From assembly GCA_038117045.1 (NCBI GenBank), contig JAYOFE010000005.1:53078-117077 (forward strand): 64,000 nt of DNA. Reading direction: 5' to 3'. Under the pieces are notes generated by a model. That model worked only from the letters and a program-made list of their open reading frames with translations, did not search any database and was not told where the DNA came from. Shown here one piece after another: positions 19,229 through 28,877 of this stretch. Position 1 is the first letter of the stretch, and each line of letters opens with the position of its first letter. Origin of the DNA: Alphaproteobacteria bacterium (GTDB lineage Bacteria > Pseudomonadota > Alphaproteobacteria > UBA6615). A program made the translations under genes and the position numbers.

Positions 19229-20380
19229 ATGGCGGACATTCCTGTCAGCGGCACATGCGATCTGAAGTTCGCGGCGGTGGAGGATGCGTTCCGCCGCAAC
19301 ATGAACGAAGGCGATCCGGTCTGCGGGGACGAACTGGGCGCCTGTGTATCCGTTGTGATCGATGGCGAGACCGTCGTGGACCTATGGGGCGGATACCGGG
19401 ACGCGGCGCGGACTCGGCCGTGGGAGCGCGACACCATCACCTGCATGATGTCGGTCTCAAAGTCCTGTGCGGCTATCGCACTGCTCACCCTGATCGACAG
19501 GGGGATCGTGAGCATGGAAGCCAAGGTCTCGCGCTACTGGCCGGGTTTTTCGGGCGATGGCAAGGAAGACATGAGCGTGCGCACGTTGATATCCCACCAG
19601 TCCGGTGTCATCTACGCGGATGCTGCTCCGGCCGCGTCCCTCTGGGATGGGCTGGCGGTCGAGGAGGCGCTCGAGGCCGCCACCCCTGAATGGGTGCCCG
19701 GCACCGGCGGCGCCTATCATTCCTTCACCTATGGGCCGCTCATCAATGCCCTGATCCGTCACGCAGACGGGCGTGACGTAGGCACGGTGTGGCGCGAGGA
19801 CGTGGCGGACCCCTTCGGGATCGACTTCCAGATCGGCCTCAACGATGAGGAAGCCACCCGGCGCGCGGAATTTGTGGAGACCCCGGGCACACCCTCACGC
19901 GACGGCATCAAGGGCGAGGCGGACTCACCGCTGACCCGCGCCTGGAACCCGCTGCCGAGGAGCGAAGACTTCAACTCGGACAACTGGGTCCACGGCCTAT
20001 TTGCCTCGGCCAACGGTCATGGCAACGCACGGGCCATCGCGCGCCTCTACGGCGGAATGGCAAACGAGGGGCTGATTGATGGCTGGCGGCTGCTGTCGGA
20101 AGGCCTGATCGCCGATGCAACCAGTGAGCACTGGGACGATCTCGATCGCATGACCAACCGACCTTTCCGGTTTGGCTGCGGATTCATGCTGTCCTGTCCA
20201 CCGTTTCCGTTCGGCGGATATCGGGACAATTTCGGCCACACAGGCATCGGCGGCGCCATCGGCTTCGGCGATCCGGAACGCCGGATCGGCTTCAGCTACT
20301 GCGGCAACCGGATGGCCCCGATCGCGGATACGGGCCCGTTCGCCGGGTCGCTGATCGAAGCCATGTACGCATCAGTCTAG
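19229..20380 (+). CDS. Serine hydrolase, beta-lactamase/esterase (class C-like) family
   Basis: S-x-x-K motif SVSKS. ATG at 19229 with GGAG RBS, 4 nt after the hyuB-2 stop. Confidence 0.75.
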   Translation: MADIPVSGTCDLKFAAVEDAFRRNMNEGDPVCGDELGACVSVVIDGETVVDLWGGYRDAARTRPWERDTITCMMSVSKSCAAIALLTLIDRGIVSMEAKVSRYWPGFSGDGKEDMSVRTLISHQSGVIYADAAPAASLWDGLAVEEALEAATPEWVPGTGGAYHSFTYGPLINALIRHADGRDVGTVWREDVADPFGIDFQIGLNDEEATRRAEFVETPGTPSRDGIKGEADSPLTRAWNPLPRSEDFNSDNWVHGLFASANGHGNARAIARLYGGMANEGLIDGWRLLSEGLIADATSEHWDDLDRMTNRPFRFGCGFMLSCPPFPFGGYRDNFGHTGIGGAIGFGDPERRIGFSYCGNRMAPIADTGPFAGSLIEAMYASV

Positions 20381-20389
20381 GGGAGAGTT

Positions 20390-21148
20390 ATGCGGTTCAA
20401 GGACAAAGTGGCGCTGGTCACGGGAGGCTCATCGGGGATCGGTGCGGAAGTTTGCGCGCGCTTCGCAGAGGAGGGCGCGAAGGTCGCCGTTGTGTCCGGC
20501 TCGTCGACAGAACGCGCGGCGGCGGTCGTGGAACGTTGTGGCAATGGCGCGCGCGGTTTTGCTTGTGATGTTTCTGACGTTACCCAGATCGACACGCTGG
20601 TCGGGAATGTGATTGGGGCTTTCGGGCAGATCGATATCCTGGTGAATGCGGCGGGCGTCTTTTACCCGACCCGCATCGGCGAGACCGACGAGGCGATGTA
20701 TGACCGCATGGCCGACATTAACCTCAAGGGTTGCTTCTTCATGTGCAACGCCGTCGCGCCGCACATGATCGCGGCGGGCAGCGGCAAGATCGTGAACCTC
20801 GGCTCGGGCGCAGGCGTCGCCGGACGCAGCAACTACATCGTCTATTCAGCGGTGAAAGCCGGGGTCATCAACATGACCCGTTCGTTTGCCGCCGCGCTGG
20901 CGCCCCACAACATTAACGTGAACTGCCTTGCACCCGGCAACACGGCGACCCCGATGAACGAGAACGTCCGCACGGAGCCCGAATACGCGGAGATCTACGA
21001 GACCATCAAGCAGAAGACCCTCAGCCCACGGCCGTTTGCGGACGCCTACGAGATGGCGGGTGGGGTGCTGTTCCTGTGTTCGCAGGACGCCAGCGCCGCG
21101 CACGGCGCGCTGCTGCTCATGGATGAGGGCCTGTCAGCCGGATACTGA
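20390..21148 (+). CDS. SDR family oxidoreductase
   Basis: TGGSSGIG Rossmann motif, YSAVK catalytic motif. Confidence 0.85.
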   Translation: MRFKDKVALVTGGSSGIGAEVCARFAEEGAKVAVVSGSSTERAAAVVERCGNGARGFACDVSDVTQIDTLVGNVIGAFGQIDILVNAAGVFYPTRIGETDEAMYDRMADINLKGCFFMCNAVAPHMIAAGSGKIVNLGSGAGVAGRSNYIVYSAVKAGVINMTRSFAAALAPHNINVNCLAPGNTATPMNENVRTEPEYAEIYETIKQKTLSPRPFADAYEMAGGVLFLCSQDASAAHGALLLMDEGLSAGY

Positions 21149-21183
21149 CCCAACACCCGAACGGGAAAACACGGAGAGACATC

Positions 21184-21957
21184 ATGCAACTCAGGAACAA
21201 GGTGGCGCTGATCACCGGCGGTTCGCAGGGCATCGGCGAGGAAATCGCCCGGCTGTTCGCATCCGAAGGCGCGACCTGCGCCGTCGTGGCGAGTGCGAAC
21301 GTCCGCAAGGCCAACAAGGTCGCCAAGGAGATCAAGCGCAAGTCGAAGGGCTACGCCGCCGACGTCACCAAGCCCGCCGAGGTGAATAAGCTCGTCGAGA
21401 AGGTGATGAAGGACTTCAAGAAGATCGACATCCTCGTGAATGCGGCCGGCGTGTTCTACCCGACACCTGCGGGCGAGACGAAAACCACGGACATGAACCG
21501 CATGGTCGACATCAACCTGAAGGGCAACTGGAACGTCACCAATGCCGTGGTGCCGCACATGAAGGCGCGCAAGCAGGGCAACATTATCAACCTGGCGTCG
21601 GTTGCCGGCGTGACGGCCATCCCGGCTTACCCGATCTACTGCGCAACCAAGGCGGGAATCATCATGATGACCCGGGCATTGGCCGTTGAACTCTCGCGCG
21701 ACGGCATCCATGTGAACTCGATCTCGCCGGGCAACACGGCGACGCCGATGAACGAGGACATCCGGACCGATCCCGCCCTGAAGCCGGTGCTGGATTTCAT
21801 GGAAATGCTGACCCCTTCGGGCCGGACCTATTCGGAGGCTGCGGATATCGCAAACACAGCGCTGTTCCTGGCTTCGCCGAAGACCGGCAAGGCGATCTAT
21901 GGCGCCAACTTCGTCATCGATGAGGGCTTTGCGGCCGGGCTGTTCGTCGCGAGTTGA
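21184..21957 (+). CDS. SDR family oxidoreductase
   Basis: TGGSQGIG, YCATK catalytic motif. Tandem with the previous SDR. Confidence 0.85.
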   Translation: MQLRNKVALITGGSQGIGEEIARLFASEGATCAVVASANVRKANKVAKEIKRKSKGYAADVTKPAEVNKLVEKVMKDFKKIDILVNAAGVFYPTPAGETKTTDMNRMVDINLKGNWNVTNAVVPHMKARKQGNIINLASVAGVTAIPAYPIYCATKAGIIMMTRALAVELSRDGIHVNSISPGNTATPMNEDIRTDPALKPVLDFMEMLTPSGRTYSEAADIANTALFLASPKTGKAIYGANFVIDEGFAAGLFVAS

Positions 21958-22008
21958 GAAGAATACGAGCCTTTTCGGCTCCCTGAAGCAGTGTGTTAGA
22001 GAGAGGCC

Positions 22009-23187
22009 ATGGCGAAGGTCTCACAGGCGCTGAACATCGAGGATCTGCGGAAGATGGCGGGCCGGCGCCTGCCGTCTTTCCTGTTCGACTATGTCGAGCG
22101 GGGCCATGCTGATGGGGGCAGCGTGAACCGCAACGTCGCGGCCTTCGATAAGTACACGATGCTCTCGCGCGCGCTGGTTCAGGTGGTGCCGCCGAACACC
22201 GAACGTATGGTCTTCGGCAGGCGCTATGCCCTGCCGTTCGGGATTTCCGCCGTGGGCGGGCTGGGCATTTTCCGGCCCGGCGCCGACCGCTTTCTCGCCG
22301 AGGTCGCGCGGGAAGCCAACATCCCTTTCATGCTGTCGGGCGTATCCAACGAATCCATCGACACCGTCGCCCGGATCGCGCCCGAGCATGTCTGGTTCCA
22401 GCTCTATGCGTCGCGTGATTTTGAACTGACGAAGCGCATGATCAGTCAGGCGGCGGATGCCGGCTGTGACGTGCTGGTCGTGTCTGTCGACTACCCAATC
22501 CAGAACAAGAGCGAAGTGCCCCAGCGCTCGGGCGTGACGCCGATCGGCGGGATCAACTGGCAGAAGCTTCCGTCGATCTTCGGCGACCTCGCAATGCATC
22601 CGGCCTGGCTGGCGACGTTCCTGGCCAGTGGCGGCATGCCGAAGATGGAAAGCTGGATGCCCTATGCGCCGCAGGGCAGCTCGCCCAAGGACATAGCGAA
22701 GTATTTCGCCAGCGTCTGGCCGCCCAACCTGGTCTGGGACGACATGGAGCGCATCCGCGAGGTCTGGAAGGGCAAGCTGGTCCTCAAGGGACTGATGGAG
22801 CCCGCGGATATCGCGAAGGCCTATGCCGTCGGCGCGGATGGCGTGTCGCTGTCGAACCATGGCGGTAACAAGCTGAACATCGTTCCGGCCACCGTGGACT
22901 GCCTGGCGCCCGCACGCGCGGCCATTTCGCCTGAAAACAACCTGTTCCTCGACGGCGGCATGCGCCGGGGTTCGGACGTGGTGAAGGCTGTCGCGCTGGG
23001 GGCTGATTTCTGCTTCCTCGGCCGGGCCTTCCTCTACGGGGTCTCGGCGGGCGGCCGGGAAGGCGTGCGGCGGGCCGTGGAGATCCTGCGCGACGAGGTG
23101 TCCTACACCATGGCCATGCTCGGCTGTCCCGATGTCGATGGTATCGACCCGGCACTGCTGTTCCCGCCTACGCAGGGCCGCGCCTGA
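22009..23187 (+). CDS. FMN-dependent alpha-hydroxy acid dehydrogenase (LldD/glycolate oxidase family)
   Basis: 392 aa with FMN-dependent alpha-hydroxy acid dehydrogenase (TIM-barrel) family sequence; N-terminus LEDLRKMAGRRLPSFLFDYVERGHADGG. Confidence 0.85.
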   Translation: MAKVSQALNIEDLRKMAGRRLPSFLFDYVERGHADGGSVNRNVAAFDKYTMLSRALVQVVPPNTERMVFGRRYALPFGISAVGGLGIFRPGADRFLAEVAREANIPFMLSGVSNESIDTVARIAPEHVWFQLYASRDFELTKRMISQAADAGCDVLVVSVDYPIQNKSEVPQRSGVTPIGGINWQKLPSIFGDLAMHPAWLATFLASGGMPKMESWMPYAPQGSSPKDIAKYFASVWPPNLVWDDMERIREVWKGKLVLKGLMEPADIAKAYAVGADGVSLSNHGGNKLNIVPATVDCLAPARAAISPENNLFLDGGMRRGSDVVKAVALGADFCFLGRAFLYGVSAGGREGVRRAVEILRDEVSYTMAMLGCPDVDGIDPALLFPPTQGRA

Positions 23188-23193
23188 GCCGGG

Positions 23194-23943
23194 TCAGACC
23201 AGCTTCGAAATCACGATATAAAGGCCGAGAACGAGGAGCGCGACCAGCATGAGCTGTCGGAAGCGGTCCTCGGAAATCCGGTGGCGAAGCTTTTCGCCGA
23301 GCCAGTAGCCCAGAAGTGTCGGGATGGTGGCCGCGGTCGAGGCAATCGCGAGTTCCCGGGTCAGAAGTCCCTGTACGATAAAGGCGATGGCGATCACGCC
23401 CGAGCCGAGCAGGAACAGCAGGCCCATGGCCTGCACCAGCTGGTCGCGATTGAGCCGGAGGCACTGCATGTAGGGCACGCCCGGCACGGCATCGGAGCCT
23501 GTCATGCCGGCAAGCACGCCGTTGATGCTGCCGACCACGGGCGAAAGCCAGACTTCGTGGCGGCCGGGATGGGGCAGGCGCGGGGCCGCCAGCGCATATA
23601 GCGCATAGATGACCAGCACCGCGCCCAGAATGGCAGTGATCAGGCGCGGGTTCCCCGCGACGAGGATTTCGGTGCCGAACCAGATACCGATGCAGAACAT
23701 CACGAAGAACGGCCACAACCGGCCGAGTGTGTCGCGCTGGGGCGGGCCGCTGAAGGTCTGCCAAGCGTTTGAGGCAAGGCCCGGCACGATAATGACGGCA
23801 ATGGCCGAGGGCAGGGGCATGACCGTCGCAAGAAGCCCGAGCGCCACGATCTTCATGCCCAGCCCGATGGTACCTTTCACCAGGCCGCCAAGAACCATCG
23901 TCGCGAACGCAAAGACGATCTGAAACGTACTCAAGTCCAGCAT
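23194..23943 (-). CDS. TauE/SafE family sulfite-exporter-like permease
   Basis: Polytopic membrane protein of about 250 aa. N-terminus MLDLSTFQIVFAFATMVLGGLVKG is a typical TauE first TM. The longer MPADTS start would overlap the upstream SDR. Confidence 0.7.
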   Translation of the reverse strand: MLDLSTFQIVFAFATMVLGGLVKGTIGLGMKIVALGLLATVMPLPSAIAVIIVPGLASNAWQTFSGPPQRDTLGRLWPFFVMFCIGIWFGTEILVAGNPRLITAILGAVLVIYALYALAAPRLPHPGRHEVWLSPVVGSINGVLAGMTGSDAVPGVPYMQCLRLNRDQLVQAMGLLFLLGSGVIAIAFIVQGLLTRELAIASTAATIPTLLGYWLGEKLRHRISEDRFRQLMLVALLVLGLYIVISKLV

Positions 23944-23965
23944 CAGAGTGGCCGCTGCGTTCGCG

Positions 23966-24742
23966 CTAGATTTCCCACTCGACGTTGCCGTCCATGCCGA
24001 TGTTCTGGCCGGTGATGTGTCGGCCGGCATGCGACGCGAGGAAAACGGCGAGGTCGCCGACTTCCGTGGGGTCGATCCAGCATTTCAGCGAAATGAACTC
24101 CATGAACGCGGCCTCGCGTTCCTCGACGGAGATTCCCATCTCTTTCGCCTGGTTGGCGACGATGTTGCGTCCGCGCTCGTTGTCGATCAGGCCCGGCAGG
24201 ATGGCATTGCAGCGGATACCAAACGGGCCGTATTCGCGTGCCACGGTGTGGGTCAGGCCCAACACGCCGACCTTGGACGCTACATAGGGCGAGCGCATGG
24301 GCAGCGCCACCTTGGCCGAGGCTGTGGAGATGTTGACGATGCAGCCCGACTTCTGGGCCTTCATGTGCGGGGCAACGTTTTTGATGCAATAGAACATGCC
24401 GTTGAGGTTCACACCGATAGTGCGGTCCCAGTCCTCGTAGGAGATATCCTCCAGCGCGCCGCGCGGCCCGCCGATCCCGGCATTGTTCACGAGCACATCG
24501 ACGCCACCCATGAGTTCCACGGCATCCGTGACCATCTTCTCGACATCCGAGGGCTTGCCCACATCGGCCAGCGTGCCAGACACGCGGTCATCGCTGTGGA
24601 TCACCTCGTTGAGCATGTCCTGCTGCACATCGCAGGTGTGCACGAATGCGCCGGCTGCCGCGAAGCGTTCCACGATGGCGCGCCCGATCCCGGATCCGCC
24701 GGCTGTGACGATCACGCGCGTACCGCTTGCAAGATTTGACAT
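23966..24742 (-). CDS. SDR family oxidoreductase
   Basis: TAGGSGIG, YVASK motifs. 258 aa. Confidence 0.85.
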   Translation of the reverse strand: MSNLASGTRVIVTAGGSGIGRAIVERFAAAGAFVHTCDVQQDMLNEVIHSDDRVSGTLADVGKPSDVEKMVTDAVELMGGVDVLVNNAGIGGPRGALEDISYEDWDRTIGVNLNGMFYCIKNVAPHMKAQKSGCIVNISTASAKVALPMRSPYVASKVGVLGLTHTVAREYGPFGIRCNAILPGLIDNERGRNIVANQAKEMGISVEEREAAFMEFISLKCWIDPTEVGDLAVFLASHAGRHITGQNIGMDGNVEWEI

Positions 24743-24776
24743 TAATAAATCCCCACAAGTATCTGAATTTCATTTT

Positions 24777-25712
24777 TTATTTGGCCTTTGATGGGCCTTG
24801 AGACAGGGTTTTCCAGCGCTTCATGATCGCGGCCAGTTCCTCGCGCAGAAGCTGGATGAACCGTTCCGCGGCGCCGGTCAACGGGGTGCGGACCTGGCGG
24901 ACCAGATAGTACTCGATCTCGGCGCGCGGGCTGACTATGGGGTTGATGACCAGCGCACCTGATGATGCTTCATCGATCACCGATGCAACCGCCGTCAGGG
25001 TCGACCATCCTGAGTGGCGGACATACTCCAGCGTGGTGTTCAGGCCGTCGGATTCGATGCTGGCGGCGACCTCGACTTCTGCGCGGGCCAGATGCGTGTC
25101 GATGATCGAGCGGATCGCATGACGCCGTGTCGGCAGGACAAGGCGCAGCGGCGGCAAGTCCTTCAGCCGCAGCCGTTCCAGCGGGGGCAGTCCGGATCCG
25201 GGGCCGGACACGAGCGCCATTTCGTGCTGCGCCAGCAGGGTGGCCTCGATGCCCTCGTGGCTGACGGCGCTGGTGACCACGGCGAAATCCAGCTCACCGG
25301 CTGCGACGCGTTCCGTCAGCGTGCCGCCATAGGCCTCGTCGAGGGTCAGGTCGACATTCGGGTGTGCTTCCACAAACCGGGACAGCGCGGCGGGCAGTGC
25401 ACTGCGGGAGACCGAGGGCACCGTGCCGATGGTGAGTGCGCCCGTCACGTCGCTCGACAGGCCGCGCAAGGCGTGCCCGGTCTCGGCCACGGCATTCAGG
25501 ATCGTCAGGCTGCGCGCGTACAGGCGCTTGCCAGCCACCGTGGGCTCCACGCCGCGCCGGCTTCGGGTGAACAGGGGAACCCCGAACTCGTCCTCAAGGT
25601 TGCGGATCTGCACGGATAGGCCGGGCTGGGTGCAGTTTTCCCGCCTTGCGGCGCGGGAGAAGCTGCCTTCCTCGTACACGGCGACGAATTGTTCGAGCTG
25701 ACGAAGGTCCAT
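24777..25712 (-). CDS. LysR family transcriptional regulator
   Basis: N-terminal HTH MDLRQLEQFVAVYEEGSFSRAARRENCTQPGLSVQIRNLE. Confidence 0.85.
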   Translation of the reverse strand: MDLRQLEQFVAVYEEGSFSRAARRENCTQPGLSVQIRNLEDEFGVPLFTRSRRGVEPTVAGKRLYARSLTILNAVAETGHALRGLSSDVTGALTIGTVPSVSRSALPAALSRFVEAHPNVDLTLDEAYGGTLTERVAAGELDFAVVTSAVSHEGIEATLLAQHEMALVSGPGSGLPPLERLRLKDLPPLRLVLPTRRHAIRSIIDTHLARAEVEVAASIESDGLNTTLEYVRHSGWSTLTAVASVIDEASSGALVINPIVSPRAEIEYYLVRQVRTPLTGAAERFIQLLREELAAIMKRWKTLSQGPSKAK

Positions 25713-25757
25713 GACCGGACTATAAGGCGAAGTTATCGCTTTGCGCAGTCGTGATAA

Positions 25758-26696
25758 TCAGGCGGCCACATCCGGCGCGCCGGCGATCACCGCGGCCCAT
25801 GCGGCCGCCGTATGACGGAGCGCTTCCTCCAGTCGGACGACAAGTTCGCGGGCGGCACGTGACAGCGGGCGTTGGGTCTGGTGGATGAGGTAGTAGTCGA
25901 AGGGCGTCTGCCGGCCGAGCAGGGGATTGACGACAAGTTTCCCGCTATCGAGGTCGCTGACGATGGTCGTGACCGGGAAAATGCCGGAAAAGTCTGAGTT
26001 ACGGATGAACTCGAGGGTCCCGAACAGGCCGTCGATCTCGATCACCCGGGCAACCTGGATGTTGCCCATGCTGATGTAGCGCTCAAGCAGGGTGCGAAGG
26101 CTGTGATGCGACGACGGCATCACAAGCTTGATCGGCGGCAGGCTCTGCAAGCGCACAGGCTCGAGATGGGTGAGGCCGGTCTTCTTGCCGGAAATCATGG
26201 CGAGTGGCTCTGACGACAGGACACGCATTTCCAGCCCGTCATGTTGCGGCGGTTCCGTCACCACAGCGAAGTCCAGTTCCCCCGATACCACCCAGTCAGT
26301 GAGCGTGCCGCTAAAGGCCTCGACGACCCGGATATCGACATTGGGCATGGCTTCGGTGAAACCCGGCAGCAGGTCCGCCAGCACGCCCTTGGTGATGGTG
26401 GGGATCAGCCCTACCTCGAGCGCGCCGGATATGCCGCGCACAAATTCGTGCATGTTCTGGGCCGCGTGCTGTACGTCCCCGAGGATGCGTCGCGAATCTT
26501 CGTAGAAACGGTCGCCAGCGGGGGTGGGGCGTACGCCGCGGGCGTGACGCTCGAACAGGGCGACCCCAAGCGACTGCTCGAGGTTCTTGATTTGCAGGCT
26601 CAGGCTGGGTTGGGCTGCGTTCAGACGATCGGCAGCGGCGTTGATGCTGCCCTCCTCATAGACGGCCACAAAGGTACGGATTTGCTTGAGATCCAT
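25758..26696 (-). CDS. LysR family transcriptional regulator (tandem paralog)
   Basis: MDLKQIRTFVAVYEEGSINAAADRLNAAQPSLSLQIKNLE. Collinear with the adjacent LysR. Confidence 0.85.
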   Translation of the reverse strand: MDLKQIRTFVAVYEEGSINAAADRLNAAQPSLSLQIKNLEQSLGVALFERHARGVRPTPAGDRFYEDSRRILGDVQHAAQNMHEFVRGISGALEVGLIPTITKGVLADLLPGFTEAMPNVDIRVVEAFSGTLTDWVVSGELDFAVVTEPPQHDGLEMRVLSSEPLAMISGKKTGLTHLEPVRLQSLPPIKLVMPSSHHSLRTLLERYISMGNIQVARVIEIDGLFGTLEFIRNSDFSGIFPVTTIVSDLDSGKLVVNPLLGRQTPFDYYLIHQTQRPLSRAARELVVRLEEALRHTAAAWAAVIAGAPDVAA

Positions 26697-26725
26697 TAGC
26701 CAAAACCAAGATATAACAATTTCTG

Positions 26726-26749
26726 ATAGAAAGCATTGTAACTTGCTAT
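26726..26749. promoter_or_regulatory. Candidate LysR-type binding dyad in the divergent promoter
   Basis: ATAGAAAG-N8-CTTGCTAT imperfect dyad, T-N11-A style, between the LysR and LLM genes. Confidence 0.3.
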
Positions 26750-26818
26750 TTGTCGGTATGGCTACCGCTCTTTAGGTTTGCCGCCAATGAATTACGCCTA
26801 GACCGAAAGGAGCCAGCA

Positions 26819-28066
26819 ATGGCCAAACCGAAAGTCATCGTCCAGCTTTACCCGATGTTCCCCGCGGACAGCGAAGAGGACCGGATCGCCAAGCGTCCGC
26901 TTGGCAACGACAACGACATGTATCACCGCATCGTCCATGAATGGACGGAAGTGGTGAAGGAAGCGGACGCGATGGGCGTATGGGGTCTCGGCACCATCGA
27001 GCATCACTTCCATTCCGAAGGATATGAAGTTGGCCCGAACCCGGGCGTTCTGAACGCCTACTGGGCCAGCCATGTGAAGAATGCCCATGTGGGTGCGCTC
27101 GGCTATGTCGCCGCCACGCACGATCCGCTGCGTGTCGCCGAAGAGACCGCGATCATCGACCACCTGACCAAGGGCAAGTTCTTCGTGGGCTTCGCGCGCG
27201 GCTACCAGTCGCGCTGGGCCAACGTCATGGGTCAGTTCACCGAATCCCCGGCGACCGTGTCCGACGGCAGCGCCGCCGATGACCGCAATCGCCAGATTTT
27301 CGAAGAGCGCGTGCAGATGGTCATCGATGCGTGGACGCAGGAAAGCGTGCGCGTGAAGGGCGAGTTCTACGAGGCACCGTATCCATACGAGACGGGCGTC
27401 GAGGGCTATCCGGCCTGGAAAATTGCGAAGGAAGCCGGCGCCGAGGGCGAGATTGGTGAGGACGGCAGCGTGCAGCGCGTCTGCGTCGTGCCGAAGCCAT
27501 ACCAGAAGCCGTATCCGCCGGTGTTCGTGGCCGCGTCCAAGAGCCAGGCGTCGATCGACTTCTGTGCCCGCAACGCGTTCATCCCGACCTACTTCATGCC
27601 GACCAAGGGTGTTGTCGAGCTTTCGCACTACTACACCAAGGTCGCCAATGAATCCGGGTTCCCGGTGCAGCTCGGCCAGAACCAGAACATCGTGCGCTGG
27701 CCTCACATCACTAAGACGTCCGAGGACTTCGACCGCAAGCTGCGTGACTACGATCTCGACATCTACAAGAACTTCTATGGTCCGTTCTTCCCGCAGTTCC
27801 CGCAGGGCAACGACAATGAACTGATCCAGGGCATGAAAGACTCCGACATCTTTATCGGCGGAACCGTCGATGAGTCCATCAAGGCCTGGAAGCACATCTA
27901 TGACCAGGTGCCGTGTGAGTACATCACGCTGATCTGGCATTGGGCCCAGCAGCCGAAGGACGACATGATGGAGGAACTCCAGCTGTTCATGGACAAGGTC
28001 CTGCCCGAACTGGAGACCCCGGAATTCGAGCCGGTCGGCCAGAAGGTTCCGATGGCGGCTGAATAA
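26819..28066 (+). CDS. LLM-class (luciferase-like) flavin-dependent oxidoreductase
   Basis: ATG at 26819 after AAGGAG. Sequence MAKPKVIVQLYPMF...GTIEHHFHSEGYEV is typical of luciferase-like monooxygenases. Confidence 0.8.
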   Translation: MAKPKVIVQLYPMFPADSEEDRIAKRPLGNDNDMYHRIVHEWTEVVKEADAMGVWGLGTIEHHFHSEGYEVGPNPGVLNAYWASHVKNAHVGALGYVAATHDPLRVAEETAIIDHLTKGKFFVGFARGYQSRWANVMGQFTESPATVSDGSAADDRNRQIFEERVQMVIDAWTQESVRVKGEFYEAPYPYETGVEGYPAWKIAKEAGAEGEIGEDGSVQRVCVVPKPYQKPYPPVFVAASKSQASIDFCARNAFIPTYFMPTKGVVELSHYYTKVANESGFPVQLGQNQNIVRWPHITKTSEDFDRKLRDYDLDIYKNFYGPFFPQFPQGNDNELIQGMKDSDIFIGGTVDESIKAWKHIYDQVPCEYITLIWHWAQQPKDDMMEELQLFMDKVLPELETPEFEPVGQKVPMAAE

Positions 28067-28092
28067 CCGCCGGATCACATCAGTTGAATTTG

Positions 28093-28127
28093 AACCGCCC
28101 CGGTTTGTCCGGGGCGGTTCTTTTTTG
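28093..28127 (+). terminator. Rho-independent terminator
   Basis: ACCGCCCCGG, loop TTTGT, CCGGGGCGGT, then TCTTTTTT. Confidence 0.7.
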
Positions 28128-28229
28128 TGGATATGTCCGCCCACTGAGTGATTGCGGGCCTCGCGGCGGCGCACCGGTCGTGTATCGTGAGGGGACAGTT
28201 GGCAGTCCGGCATCACGGAGGATGGATCG

Positions 28230-28871
28230 ATGAGCGGACGGATCATGACGGTGGCCCAGCAGAAGGGTGGTTCGGGCAAGACGACCCTGGCGGCGAACCT
28301 CGCCGTGGCCTGGTCGCTTGGCGGCAAGCTCAGTGTGGCGGTTCTTGATGTGGATCCCCAGGGAAGCCTCGGCGAATGGTTTGAGCGCCGTGAGGAACGC
28401 ATGGGGGAGGATCGCACCGGCCTGACCTTCCGAACGGCCAGCGGCTGGGGCGCGAAACGCGAGGCCCGCTCGCTGGCCCGCGACCACGACCTTGTGGTGA
28501 TCGACACGCCGCCCCATGCCGACCTGGAATTGCGCAGCGCCATCGAGAACGCCGCACTGGTCGTCGTGCCGGTGCAGCCCAGCCCTGCGGATCTCTGGGC
28601 GACGGAGGCCACGCTCGAGGCTGCGGCGAAGGAACGGGTGAGCGCCCTGATGGTACTCAACCGGGTTCCGCCGCGCGCGCGGCTGACCGAGGAAATGGCC
28701 GCCGCATTGCGCGAGTTCGCGGCACCTCTTGCGGCGACACGTTTGGGTAACCGCGTGGCCTATTCCGAGGGCTTCAAGGTCGGAGGCGCACCTGTGGAAT
28801 TGCGCGCGTCCAGCCCTTCGGCCGATGAAGTGCGCGCGCTGGCAGCCGAAGTGCTGAAGTCGGCGCGCTAG
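28230..28871 (+). CDS. ParA/MinD-family P-loop ATPase (orphan; no adjacent ParB)
   Basis: Deviant Walker A KGGSGKTT at the N-terminus. 213 aa. Six nt upstream of the next gene. Confidence 0.8.
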   Translation: MSGRIMTVAQQKGGSGKTTLAANLAVAWSLGGKLSVAVLDVDPQGSLGEWFERREERMGEDRTGLTFRTASGWGAKREARSLARDHDLVVIDTPPHADLELRSAIENAALVVVPVQPSPADLWATEATLEAAAKERVSALMVLNRVPPRARLTEEMAAALREFAAPLAATRLGNRVAYSEGFKVGGAPVELRASSPSADEVRALAAEVLKSAR

Positions 28872-28877
28872 TTCCCC

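Noticed and set aside
23948-24739. 263-aa plus-strand ORF overlapping the SDR at 23966..24742
   Set aside because: The minus-strand frame has TAGGSGIG and YxxxK SDR motifs. The plus-strand product has no recognisable motifs and is an antisense shadow.
26798-28660. 620-aa minus-strand ORF spanning the LLM gene and the terminator
   Set aside because: Antisense shadow of the LLM oxidoreductase. It runs through a rho-independent terminator and the ParA start, has no domain similarity, and its composition is biased.
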